DNA of 64,000 nucleotides from Raillietiella orientalis (Eukaryota), in contig JAYWIR010000004.1 of the NCBI GenBank assembly GCA_036172245.1, positions 1,922,001-1,986,000 on the forward strand. The letters are read 5' to 3'. How positions within the stretch are numbered: the first letter of the stretch is position 1; each line of letters begins with the position of its first letter. A program made the position numbers and the translations under genes. Positions 38,801 to 50,637 of this stretch are shown here, piece after piece. The notes below the pieces were generated by a model. It saw only the letters and a list, made by a program, of their open reading frames with translations. It was not told where the DNA came from and searched no databases.

Positions 38801-41586
38801 ACGGGGATAAAATCCACGTATTTTCGTCAAAGGTTTGTCTTCTTTTCCTTTTACTTGGCAGAGCCAAATTTGAAAATATGAGGCGTTAATCTTCTCTCGT
38901 GAGTGCGCTCAAGTCTGGAATTTTCATCCGTTTGTTACCACAAGTGATCTCCTAGAGTCTACAAGTCACTTTTCACTGATTTCTTCCCTTTGATCTTATT
39001 TTAAAGGTCACTTATAAGATGAATAGGGAAGTCATGACTTGGAACTCCAGAAGTTATCTGTTGGCATCAGCTGTTAATCCGCGAATCGAGATTGCAGTTT
39101 ATTGACGTCATTACGACATCAAACTCTTAATGTTCCGCAAGAGAGAATGACCCTCTTGAATCTTCAGCAGTGAACAGTATCATTAATTGTGTGGGGAAAA
39201 GCGAGGGATCCTGCAAGCCAAATAACGTTTTTTGGGGGAACGAGCTGCGGAATCCTTACGTCCAAAGGATGATTTCTTTTCTAAGAGCATGTTTCATCGT
39301 CTCTTTTAAATTTCGTCTCTACATCGATGCTACAAAGTTGCAAATGTGTTGCATGGAGTCGAGATAATAAAGTTGCAGAGATGCAACTTTCTTCAGGTCA
39401 CCCTCTGAAGTCACAAGTAGGCATTCAAAGCAGTAGCTAAAGGTCTTGGCTGAAATCGACTCTGCCATCATATCACTGGCCATGATGCAAAAATGTGCTC
39501 ACCAAGGGTAAAATGTCATTGAATTTCAATGTCTACGAAAAGAAATGGAGCAAAAAGGAAATAAGACAAGGGGATCTTGTCAGTGTTTGATTAATCCAAT
39601 AATCGCATACTGCAGCACTTTGCTTTATGTATTTTATTTGTGCGCTGAATCTCTAAGGCCGAGAGATCGATCTCGAGGAAACGTTTTTCAAGCGAGAGCT
39701 AATATGTACAGAACTTTCTTTTTGTTTAATTAAAACGGTGCTTTATGGTTGCAGCTTCACTACCTTTTATTGCTGCTGTTCACGTTATCACTGTGGTTCA
39801 GTGCTTTATAAGATTTGCGTACGTCTTTTATAGTGCTAAATCCTCCTGTTTTGTGTCTATACGAGACCTCTTACCAATTCAAAAAGTAGTGCAAATAGAA
39901 ATCACTGCAAATTCCCAGTGTCTTTAGTCTTTTCCTCAGCTTTTAATTTTTCCAATCTTTCAGGAGTTTTTCTCGACAAGTTTTCCCATATAATGATTTA
40001 ATTATCATCAAACAAGACTCAACCCTCCGATGTTAAGGTCCTCCTCCTTTCCAAATTTGAACAAAGGACATCTTGCTTTCAGCATTCTGTTTATCCCGGG
40101 AATATGCATCAGCGGCACACGTGGCTGTATGCATTCCGGCGTACACAAGAGCTCCTCCTACATATCACCTCAGACTTTTGCTGCTACCCCTATTCGAGTA
40201 TCTCGTTCACACCGCGAGGTAAGGCATGCGCCGACATCGGAGGAGAAATCCGATTCTAAAGCCGAAAGAGTAAGCAGGCAGCATCCGAGGAAGATGTGGG
40301 AGAACTTAGACAAGTGTATTTTTCTGACCAATCCTGGTGAGCGTATGGACGTGGCCTGATCACCATGGCACGCCTGGAAAGACGCAGGTGTCTCGTTTCC
40401 ATCAGCCAGCGAAACACCCACCCCACTTCTCTTTAGAAGAGCACAGTCAGTCTCGGAGTTTCCTGCTTCTGAGTTGGCTGCACCTTCGACCCGTTGCTTG
40501 GTTTCGTTCTTGGAGCTGTAACCCCCCCCCCCTCTCCCTCCCTCCAGCTTTCCATGCGCGACTGCTGCGTGCTCGGCGGATGCCGCAGTGCAGCAACGAC
40601 ATAACTCGCTCTTCCGTTCTTGCTTGCCCTCCTCTCTACTCTGGTACTGCTTGTCTTCTTGCCTGGCTAGAGTCAATGGGGCAGCTCTAATCCGCCTGGT
40701 CTCTGGCCTCGCTTCTACCCGCAGTTGCCGAGAATTCATTCGCCGCGCTCGGCTTCCGGCCTGTCCAAACGACACGACGTTTCGTCCCGACCCTATGCGG
40801 CGGCGGCGATCTTCCCGTGAAACCTGCCACCGTCGAGCGGCTTTTTGGCATGCTTTTTGGCTGCTTCCTTGTGCCACACCTCCTTCCCACACACTGGAAC
40901 TCTTCCGTTCCCTTTCGTTCGCCTGTTTCCGTTTCATGCAACGCGCTTTCGACGGACGTTCTTCTTCCATTGGTTTGTACTTCCCTTTATTTTCTTCCCT
41001 GTTCTGGCCGAGTTCCAGCGTGCAGGCGCACCAGCGGGGCGCGTCCGCAGCAGGTGTAATACAATGTTGCAACCCGAAGCGAGACAGCATCGCTGAAAAG
41101 TTCATATCCACGGAAGTGCGTACTCTTGCGCGCGCAAACGGAGCGCGCACGAGCACTCCGGAGAAGCCCGCCCGCCACAAAGAGCGTACGTAAACCTGGG
41201 ATGCCAGGTCACGCTCGTGAGTCCCCTCCGCGTCACAACCAGGAGTTCCGCTTCAAGGTCGCGAGGGCGAAAACCGAGGGGTTAGAGCAGAGGCTACGCG
41301 CATGCCAACGAGCAGCAGCGTCCTGGAAAAGATGACGCAAAATCCATGCCGATACGAGAGCCCACCTGCTGGGCTGGGAATGGACCGCTGGACTACTTGA
41401 GATGCATGGCGCCACCATTCCGCGGCCCAGGCGTCAACCCTCAAGGGACGATTCGACGACGGGGTCAAGAGTTCGAACAATCGCGCGCGAAGACGCGCAA
41501 CTTTTCTGGAGGGCGCGTTTGCCTGGAGAAGGCTAGGGACTACCAGCTGCCCAGCCTCCGTTGCGTGTTCTTTTCCTTTCTTTCCT

Positions 41587-41592
41587 TTTATT
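41587..41592 (-). terminator. Candidate polyadenylation signal, rhophilin
   Basis: AATAAA on the minus strand about 120 nt after the stop at 41711. Confidence 0.55.
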
Positions 41593-41710
41593 GATACCGC
41601 AGGACGCACTACTGTTTGTGGGGGTTTCGCTACGATGCTGTGAGCAAACGAGAGGAAAGCATTGCGGGACGAAGAGGCATTTTTTTCTCTCCCTCCCCCC
41701 CCTTTCTTCG

Positions 41711-44700
41711 TCAACTGAACACCGCACTGGTCAAATACGAGGCTTCCTGGATGTTGCTGAGGCTCTTGTTCTTGTCTTTGTACCGCTTGAACAAGTTCCA
41801 CGATGTCTTGTGCTTCGACTGCGTTTCCGTGAGGGACGGGTAGAGGCTGGACACGCCGGAGCTGGAGCTGGAGCTGGTCGTGGAGGCAGGCGTGCCGTAT
41901 CTCCTGAGTGCGTTCTTGCAAGACGGCAGCAAAGGCAGGAGGAGATGGTGGTGGTGGCGGTGGTGGTGGTGGTGCTGCTGCTGCTGGTGGGCACTCCTCC
42001 CTCCGCACTCGGGGCCGCTCGGGTTGGAATCCACCGACAGGGTCACCAGGCTCAGCACGAGGCTGTCCCCCTGGTCGCGTATCAGGTCCGCGACGTGCTT
42101 CTGCGTCATCCACTTGGCGTCCACCGACGCGACGCTCACGATGACGTCTCCTTCTTGCACGCCCCTCAGCTGATCGCGAGGGGAGAGCGGGGTGGAAGGA
42201 AGCCCTCAGGGAGGAGCGAGCGCGAGACACCTTACCTCCGCCAGGCTGCCGCTGCGAACCTCGGAGATCCGGACGGGAGAATCTCCTCCAGCGGTGAACC
42301 CGAAATCTTCCCCGGGGAAGCGGTGGAGGCAGACGGTCCGGGGACTGGACCACTGGCGGTGGGCGGAGAACACGGCCACCGGACCTAGCCTCCGGAAGGG
42401 GTCGTTTTCGGCGCTGTAGCCAAAGTCCGGGGGCGTCCGGATGAGGGGGTACTTGCAGGAGGGGGCGACGGGCGGGGCGTCCAGGGTCTCCTGGAAATCG
42501 TCCTCTTTCTCCAGAAGGGAATACTTGGAGGTGGTCGTGTCGTAGGCCAGCGTGAGAGCTTCCAGCAGGGAGCTCTGCTTGCGGAAGAGACGGCAGAGGT
42601 GATGCAAGCGTAGGGCCTCCTCGTGGCACTGGATGGCGCAGCGGAGGTGGGCCCGTCCTGGTGGCGAAGGAGGAGGAGGAGGAGGGTGCACGCGGGAGAG
42701 AGGGACTGAGAGGGAGAGAGGGGAAGAGGCGCGCGAATGCGCTCCCTTCTCCCCTCCTCCCCTCATCCGGCGGGACTCACCGAGCGACTGCCGTTCCTTC
42801 GCGTCGCGCGGCACGTCGATCTCGATGAACGTTCCGGTCTCCGGTCGGGAGGAGGCGATGCGGCGCAGGGACTCTTCAACGGAAGGGGGAAAGGGCTGCC
42901 ACTCCGCCGGGCCGTCTAGCAGGACTTCGGTAACCAGTTGGTGGGCATAGCCGGCGTAGTGCTCCTTCTTGACCCGGAGAAGCCACCTCCACGCGTGAGG
43001 CAGGTAGGCCACGACGTTCGGGAGGGATGCCAGGCACTGCAGGCGCGAGTACTCCGCCGAGGTCTGCGCGGCCTCCTGGACCATCTCCATGTAGGACTCC
43101 ATGCTTTTGCCGCGGGCCAGGTCCAGCTTAGCCAGAAGGCATTCTCGAGCCTGGGCCTGGGCCGGAAAGAAGGTTGAGGAAGGAGGAACGGGAGGGAGGT
43201 TGTGACACCCCCTCCCTCCCTCAGCGGTGCCTTGCCCCCGCGCGCGCCTACCATCATCAGCCGCACCAGGATGCCCAGCACCTCTGGGCAGAGATCCATG
43301 CTGGGGGCGTTGGCGTAGTTCTCGGAGACGTGCTGGAAGACCCCGGCGGCGCGCAAGAAGCTGTCGATGGCGTGGCTGAGCCCCTCGCAAGAACTACGGT
43401 CCTGGCGAGCGCCCATCTGCGTGTATAGGGCGCCGATGTTGAACAGGATCGAGGCCCTCTCGAAGGCCACCGACCTCTGGCAGCTGGGAATCCCAGTCAG
43501 CGAATCATACCTTCCGTGGAGGAAGAGAAAGAGGGAGGAAAATAGAAGCTGGTTCTTTCGAGGGGAAGGAAGGAGAAGAAGGGGAAAGAGGTCTGAGCTC
43601 TTCCCCCTTCTCGCCCTCTTTCCCTCCGTTCCCTCCCCCTCCTGCTGCTTACCACTCGAAGAAGACGATGCAGGCTGGGAAGAAGCGACGCTCCACGTAG
43701 TACAGCTGGTTGAGGTACTTGAAGAGAAGGGCGATACCCTGGTGGTCCCTGGAGGGGAAGCGCGCAGACTGGCGGAGGTTCACGAACTCCGCGATGGCAT
43801 CGTCGTATTCATCGGCGTCCTCTTTGTAGTGCTTCCGGATGAACTCCTGGAAGGAGAGAAGAAGGAAGGGACGTGGTCATGCTGGCAAGCGCTCGGCCTC
43901 CTCCCGTAGGCCGAGCGAGAAGCGCAGGATGGGGCGGGAAGGAAAGGAGCGGCAACTCGGTCGACTCCCGCCCTCCCCCCTCCTCCCCGCGCCTTTTGTG
44001 TCCGCGCGTACCTTGAAGGTCTGCTCCACGTCGATCACCTTGGTCTCCCTCATTCCCAGCGGGATCAAAGGGATGTCAGGCTCCTGGCTGCAAGAGGTCC
44101 CGCGTTGCCGAGAGCAACGAGCCTTCGAGTCCCCCGCCCCCTCCCGGACCGCACCTGCTGTTTTGGTACACCTGCACGTCGCTGTTCAGCTCACACAGCC
44201 GCTCCTTCAGCAGCTGCAAGTTGGAGTTCATGAAGCTCAGCTCCAGGGCCACTGTCTCCTTCAGCTTCTTGTTGCTCGTCGCCCTGAAGAGGACAATTGC
44301 AGGGTGGGGGTCGGCCGAACGTGGGGTTGGAGCATGCACGTCGTGCTCTCCTCACTCCGGACGGAGGGGAGGGGGAAGGGGTAGGGGACGAGAGAGGAGT
44401 CCTTGCTCGCCCAGCAGGGTCCTTCCGCCCGCTCTCCCCCGCCAGCCGCGCGCTCCCTCCCCTCCTCCCCGTCCGTAGTCAGGAGGAGGAGCTCACCCCC
44501 CTCGGTGCTCCCGGGGAAGAGAGCGCTGGTGCATCCTGTCGGGGCTTAGGCACGACGACGCCCGCCGCTCGGGCTAGAGACTTGCGCGGGGAGGGCGGGC
44601 GGCAGGCTTCCCCCCCACTTCGCCCTCTTTCCGCGGTTCGGAGGCCTCAGAGGCCCCGCGAGTGACCCTCATGCTCAGGCGAACCCGAACAGGGGCTTTT

Positions 44701-44884
44701 TGCAGGAGGAGCGAGGGTTCGCGGCCTACACCGCGACTGGAGTCAGAGCTCTGCTCTTTCCGCACCTGTATAGGTTTTCGGCGCCCGTGCGCAGCATCAG
44801 CTCCTTGTTGATCTCCCGGTTGAGCTTGGACCGCTTGGACTGCAGCTTGCTTCGGCACGTCTGCTTCCTGGGGTCGCAGGATCC
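41711..44884 (-). CDS. RHPN: Rhophilin (Rho effector; HR1 - BRO1 - PDZ), internal and terminal exons, about 677 aa without the first exon
   Basis: Exons (minus): 44884-44766, 44283-44155, 44087-44012, 43846-43653, 43510-43252, 43156-42781, 42657-42236, 42169-41711; GT-AG, frame continuous. HR1: [61 protein letters not shown]1: [38 protein letters not shown]; linker [31 protein letters not shown]...[11 protein letters not shown]. Confidence 0.95.
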
Positions 44885-46027
44885 CTGCAAGAGAGTCAAG
44901 AGTCACCTCCGCGAGCGAACGGGCGGGCCACGATGGGACCTGCGGCGGTGCGGGTGCGCTCCGCGGGAGGGACGGGGAACCGCGGGCGACGAGGTGGCGC
45001 GCAAGAGACTCAAGCTCCCATCAGGAGGTCAGCCGCCCCCACGGCGTGTAGGGGAACAGCGCTACCCAGCACCCCGCACCCCCGAGGGAATCTGCTCCTC
45101 TTGCGCTACAGCCACCGGACCAGCTGCTCCTGCTTTTCGGCCCCCCTGGATCGGCCACCCGTACTCCTTCCTCTCCCCGAAAAGAAAATTAAGCACCCCT
45201 AGGCATGGAAGCGTGGGCGAAGTGCACCCAGGAAGAGGCGGGTCGCTTCCGAAGCAACGGCGACCTAAAGCCAGCCAGCAGCGGCAGCAGCACGCGAGCT
45301 CCTGCGGGGGGCGTCCCCCTTCCTGGAGCCCGACAGAAATCGGCCTTGCTAGTCGCTGCTGCTGTTCCTTGACCGCAGCCGCGGCGGGTCGGCCGCAACG
45401 CTGTCGACCCTCCTCCTCGTCGTCGTCCGAGGAGGGACGTCGGGGCCAGGCGCTGGCTGCCTGGCAACGGACGACTCTTGGCGCTCCGCTACATGCAGAG
45501 AGTCGGAGCCGAAAATCAGGGAGCTGCCGCCGCCCTGAAACCTCCCATTTCCTGGTTCCGCCTTCCTGGAGACGTTCCGGAAACTTCCTCGGCGAACCCG
45601 TTCCTGGCCACGCGGAAGCTTCTCACCCCGTCCACAAAGGAAAATCTCGCTCGTTTCTGGTGGGGCGTGGAGAGGGCGAGGGCAGGAGCACCCTCTCTCT
45701 CTCTCTCTCTCTCCCTCCCCTTCCTCTTCCTTCCCCGCCCACATACCCGTACGCCACGCCGCACACGAAATCGGACGCCAAGGCGAGCTGCGAAGGTCGC
45801 GGACGCACGCGCAGGAAGATCACGGCAGACCGTACGCACTAGCCAGCGCTGTCGTCATCGATCGTGAAGGCCCCGGAACGGGACGGGTGGGAGAGGCGGA
45901 TCGCGCATGCGCGCGCGAAGCGCAAGCCGCGAGTCTCCGCGGACCGAGAGCCTGCTCGGCAAGCAATGGATCGCGCGCGAGCACCACCACCGGGCTATTT
46001 CGGAAGCACCCCCCACATACACACACA

Positions 46028-46030
<3 letters not shown>

Positions 46031-46063
<33 letters not shown>
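46031..46063. repeat. (TC)n microsatellite
   Basis: Uninterrupted TC run preceded by a short (AC)n run; another TC run at about 45693-45712. Confidence 0.95.
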
Positions 46064-46066
<3 letters not shown>

Positions 46067-48398
46067 GCACCGAAGAAGCCACGGGTCGCAGGATCTGACC
46101 CAGAACGTAGAAAGAAAGCAAAAAAAAAAAAAAACGCTAAATCCGCATGCTCTGAGCCCTCGTCCGCGTCCGGCGTCACGTATCGAATTACTGGGAAAAA
46201 TGGCGCGCTGCGGCGGGCCGGTTTCTGGCTCGGACGCCGCAGGAAAAGCACCCGAGGGCAGCTGGCATCATCGGCAAAACCTCGGAAGAACTTTCGCCTC
46301 CTCCCTCCCTCCCCTTCTCGGGCGGGAAAACCCACGGTGCCTCAAGTTGTACCGTAAGGCGACTGTCCTTGCGTCAGCTGCTACCCTCTGGACAACGATC
46401 TTGCCGGAGCCTCCCCGTCATCTGCGACGCCCGAGCCCCGCGAGGAGCAGCGGCCGTCTCGTCCGGCAGTGCTGCTTGGACAGGGAGGCAGGGCGAGAGA
46501 GAGGAGGGAGGGATGCTGCATGAAGGCGTTCCGCGCCGGTAGCGAGCGGGAAAGGGTGAGTGGACAACGTGTATGCGCGCTCGCCGCGCTCCAAGCCGCG
46601 AGCGGAGCGAGCAGAGATTCCGCATCTTCAGGGAAAGCGGGACAACAGGCGCAGGTCGAAGCAGGCACACGCGTCGTTGCCTTGACCAGCATGGGTCACG
46701 GGCACCACCAGTCAGCTCCACCCGGTTGACTGAACGAAAGAGTCCAGAAAAGACACGACGAAGAAGGAAAGTCGAAAGAGCAACAAAAAAAAGGGAGACG
46801 GGGTACAAAACGCCTGCTCTGCTCCACTGGCACTCTACATTCCATCGGCAGATCCTAGGGGTGTAGGCGTCACACCACGGCCACCCGCAAGGCGCGGTCG
46901 ATAGCGCCCTTTCCCAGCTGCTGCGACCAGACGCCGACAGCGGCGAACGGCGTGCTGCCGCACGCGCGCGGACGACAGCACACGGATGAAGCACCTGGTC
47001 CCCACATCTCTCCTGCCGCGCGATTTCTGGGGAAGGCGGGTGAAAACGGCACCAACGGCTGGATGGCAGCAGAGGCGCACGGCACCCTCTCGCGGGAGCA
47101 AGGAGGCACCGTGTCGAGTGACGCCTGCGCGCGCGCAGGGGGCACAGACGTCCGTCCGCTGGAGCCCGGGCAAAAAGAGAGAGCCGCATGGAATCCGCGG
47201 ATGGCCGCCACCCATCCCCCACAACCTCGGGTCGCAAGCGCGGGCGTGCACTTACGACGGCGACGACAACGCAGTCGCGTGCTCTCTCGAACGGCTGTAC
47301 CGCCAGACCGAAAAGCACGCGTACCGGGGAGCCAAAGGAGGGAAAGTTGAGCCACGGTCACAGGCCGAAACAGAGGTCACGCCCTTGAAGAAGCATCCCG
47401 CAGAGGTCTGCGCAGCGGAGTCGGCCTTTGCCTCCGCAGCTTGGCGCACACACGAAGGGACCGGAAAACTCTCTCCCACCACGTCGGTTTTCCTCCCTCC
47501 CTTCCTTCCCTAGCGAAGTGACCACGACGCGCAGCTGGAAACGTTCCCTACGAGGTGCCGCGCTAATGGCGTTCCTCGACGGACGAAGCGACCGCGGAGC
47601 AAGCTTCGAAAGGGCGAGCAGGCAAACGGGGACAGGGGAGCACTTCCGCAGAGCTCCCCTTCCGGACCGGAGAAAAATGTCCGTAGCCTCGCGCGATTTG
47701 CGCGCCATCCTGGAGGCATCCCACGGCAGGCAGCTCCCCGCGAAGAAAGCGCCCCGGCTTGGAAACGTAGCAGGAGCGCCGGTGCTGTTGTTGCGCAATC
47801 TGCGATCTCCTTGATAACTTCCCCTCCCCTCCTGGCTACTTGGTCTGCTCCGACGCTGCACACGGCAACAGCAGATACCCCCCTACACACACACAGTATA
47901 TGGGGGGGGAGGGTTCATGAGTCACAAGGAAAACATCCACAGGACGCGCCTGAAACAAGGTCATCGGCCAGCTCCAGTCGGGCGACAGCGCGCGCTCCTG
48001 CTGCAAAAACCGAATGAAACACCGCGGTGCGTGCGCGAGCGTCGCTTCCCCGCCGTTGTTCGCAAACCCCCCCCCCCTCCCCTGCCAGGAGGTACAAGGA
48101 ACGTGCGCGCGCGTGACACACACCTGGCACACGTAAACAGCAACAACGGTTACGCTCTACTAACACGCCGAGTCTGCGCGCTGCGTGTCGTAGCGGCGCG
48201 CAACCGAAGCATAAAACGCTCTGCCAGACGAAGTAAGGAAAAGAGAAAGAAAAGGAAAAAGCCCTTTCTTTACGCCGATGGTGCACAGTCGGCTGGGAGC
48301 ACCGACGCCGATACGAAGGAGATTTCGCAGCCCGGTGCACATCACCCCCCACCGCCACAACCAGCGGCAGCAGGGCAGAGAGAGGAGGATTCACTGAC

Positions 48399-48425
48399 CC
48401 TGGTTATGGAGAACTCCTGCTGCAT
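48399..48425 (-). CDS. Candidate first coding exon of rhophilin (MQQEFSITR)
   Basis: ATG at 48425, donor AGG|GTCAGT at 48398, phase 0 as required by the acceptor at 44885 (gives ...SITR-GSCDPR). Inferred only from splice signal and phase. Confidence 0.5.
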
Positions 48426-50448
48426 CGTTCCGGAACCTCCGGCACCCAGGGGGGACAATTCGCCCGCGAAAAAACTCTCGGGTGGAGGGGGCGACGTCAA
48501 CAGCAACAACAACAGTCCACTACGTTCGAGCGATCCGGAACCGTAGGAGTAGGGGAAGGCATTATCATCCGCCCAGGCGGATGGGATGCTGCGTCTCGAT
48601 CACGGAAGGTTGATGATTTCACTTCGTTTTCCTTCTCTGTCCTCGCGTGACGACGGAGAGGCGGAGGGGGCGAGGGGAAGAAGGTAGGGGAGGGGAGAGG
48701 GCGACTCCAGCGGCGGCAGCGGCAGCACCCCAAATCTCTGCGGCAAGCGAACGCCAGGGGCACGGCTTCTCACGATTCGACCGGAGGCGGCGTGTTCGTC
48801 TCCTCCACGAGCGGGCACCGAGGAAAGCTTTCCGCCGAAGACACCGCCACCAGCGGAGAGAGCACTACGGGCGACCGTTGCAACAGCAACCACAGCAACC
48901 ACGTCGTCGCAGGCAACCCCAGCGAGCAGCGGCCGCGCACGCTCCTAGCGACACGCTGGCAAGCACCGCACTAGTTCACCAACACGCACCCGGCGCGCGC
49001 GAGCGTCGGCTCTTCGCTTCGCTTTCCGCGGGCGAACTCATTTAGCCGGCGTCGCAGGTAAGCGGGCAGGCGGATGCCATTCAGCCGAGGAGCCGCCGCG
49101 CAACAATGGCTAGGGGATAGGGACAAAAAAAAAGGAAGAGGAGGAGGAGGAAAGGAAAAAAAGAAGAGAGGTGGATGGGACAAGTCGAGGCTTAGGTGGC
49201 GATGCTTCCTTTTTTTTTTCCCCTCTCCCCTTCCTCCCCTCTTCTTTTTTTGCTTCCTTTTTCCGTTTGCTCGTTCTCCTACCCCACCCCACCCCCCACT
49301 CCCCTCCCCCCTTCCACGAATATTTCGCAAGCTTCGCTTTCTTGAAAGTTCCGGAATTCTTTTTATCCGAAATCGAGCTTTCCCCCTGGGGGCTGCTTCC
49401 AGTCCGGCTGCACGAGCCCAATAAATAAATGAAAAGGAACCTCAAATACGAGTTATTTAAGTGCAGCCGGCAGCATCTCGAGGGATGCTGCCAAAGACCG
49501 CCGCAGCACCCGCAACACCGCGTCTGCTTCGGCGACGGTGCACACACTAAAACGGACGCACGATGCAGATGACTTCCGCGCGAGGATGGCGCGCGAGAGT
49601 CGTGAAGCGTTCACCCCGCACCTGCCGAACCCCTGTCCACGACTGGAAAGTGGTCCAGCGCGGCCGTGGAAACGGAGACCCCCCGTCCGCGACCGAGATC
49701 CTTCGAGGACTCTTCGAAGGACAAAGGACAGTCGCTTTCCGTGCAACCCCACGTCGAGGATCGCCCGCCCGCAGCATCCTCGCCAGGAGCTACCGGGGTG
49801 GGTGGGGGTGCAGAGGTGTCAGAGCGGGAGGCCCTCACGGTCCTGCTGAAAAGAGAAAGTGACCGTGGTCCGATCGTGTGGAAGAGCATGGGGCGTGGGC
49901 CACCCGTTCCACCCTCCAAAGATACGAGAAGATTTCGCTCGGAGCGCGCGATCTTCTGCGTGCGCAGGGCGAGGGGCTGCTGCACGCGGGCTGGAACGCC
50001 GCAATGACAGTGCGGATCGATAGCGGTCCACCCCTCCGCCGCTTGAGCTGGGGCTGGGAGGAAAACGCCGCATCCCCAGCTGCCATCCACACCGAGGGAG
50101 CCCGCCGGGCGCGCTTCTTCTTCTTCGCAGCCTCCAAGCGAAGAAAAGTCTCCCGCCCTCCGACGCGGCGACCTCCGGGAGGGGCGAAAGTCCATCTCTG
50201 CGCGCAAGCAGCGTGATCATAAGTCGAACACGCGTGCTGCTGCGTGGACGACGACGATCGTCCGGGATGTTGCCTTCCCGAAACATCCCGTTCTTTGGCC
50301 ATCGATTTTTTCTGCCTTCCTCTTCCCTTTTTTCTTTTCTTTTCTTTTCTTTTCTTTCCCTGTGGCACATAAAGGCACTCTTCCTCCCGGGGGCCGAGAG
50401 CAGGACCTGTCATTTTCCCGTGAGCCCGACCTACGCTTCGGTACTCAC

Positions 50449-50637
50449 CGACTTATCTCGGCGCACGTGATCGTCACCCGCTCCCTCGAAAAGTGCCGGT
50501 CCCACTCCCACGATTCGCCGCGTCTCGTCGCCGTGTCGCCGCTTTCCTTCCCACCGGGACTTTTCCCTGCTCAAGAGCGAAATCCCCAGACGTGAGCGAA
50601 GAGGGGGGGGGGAATCCCTCCCCTTCTGGGCAGGCAT
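50449..50637 (-). CDS. Second candidate (alternative) first coding exon of rhophilin, 63 codons
   Basis: ATG at 50637, open for 189 nt, donor TCG|GTGAGT at 50448, phase 0. No recognisable homology. Confidence 0.25.

Noticed and set aside
38626..39390. Short perfect hairpins (AAAGATCTC-TCG-GAGATCTTT; AAAGTTGCA-GAGA-TGCAACTTT)
   Set aside because: 9-bp stems in AT-rich DNA are expected by chance; no associated element.
36000..39950. Divergent gene upstream of NCOA5-B (ORF 37252-37653, scattered donors)
   Set aside because: AT-rich low-information ORFs with no coherent exon chain.
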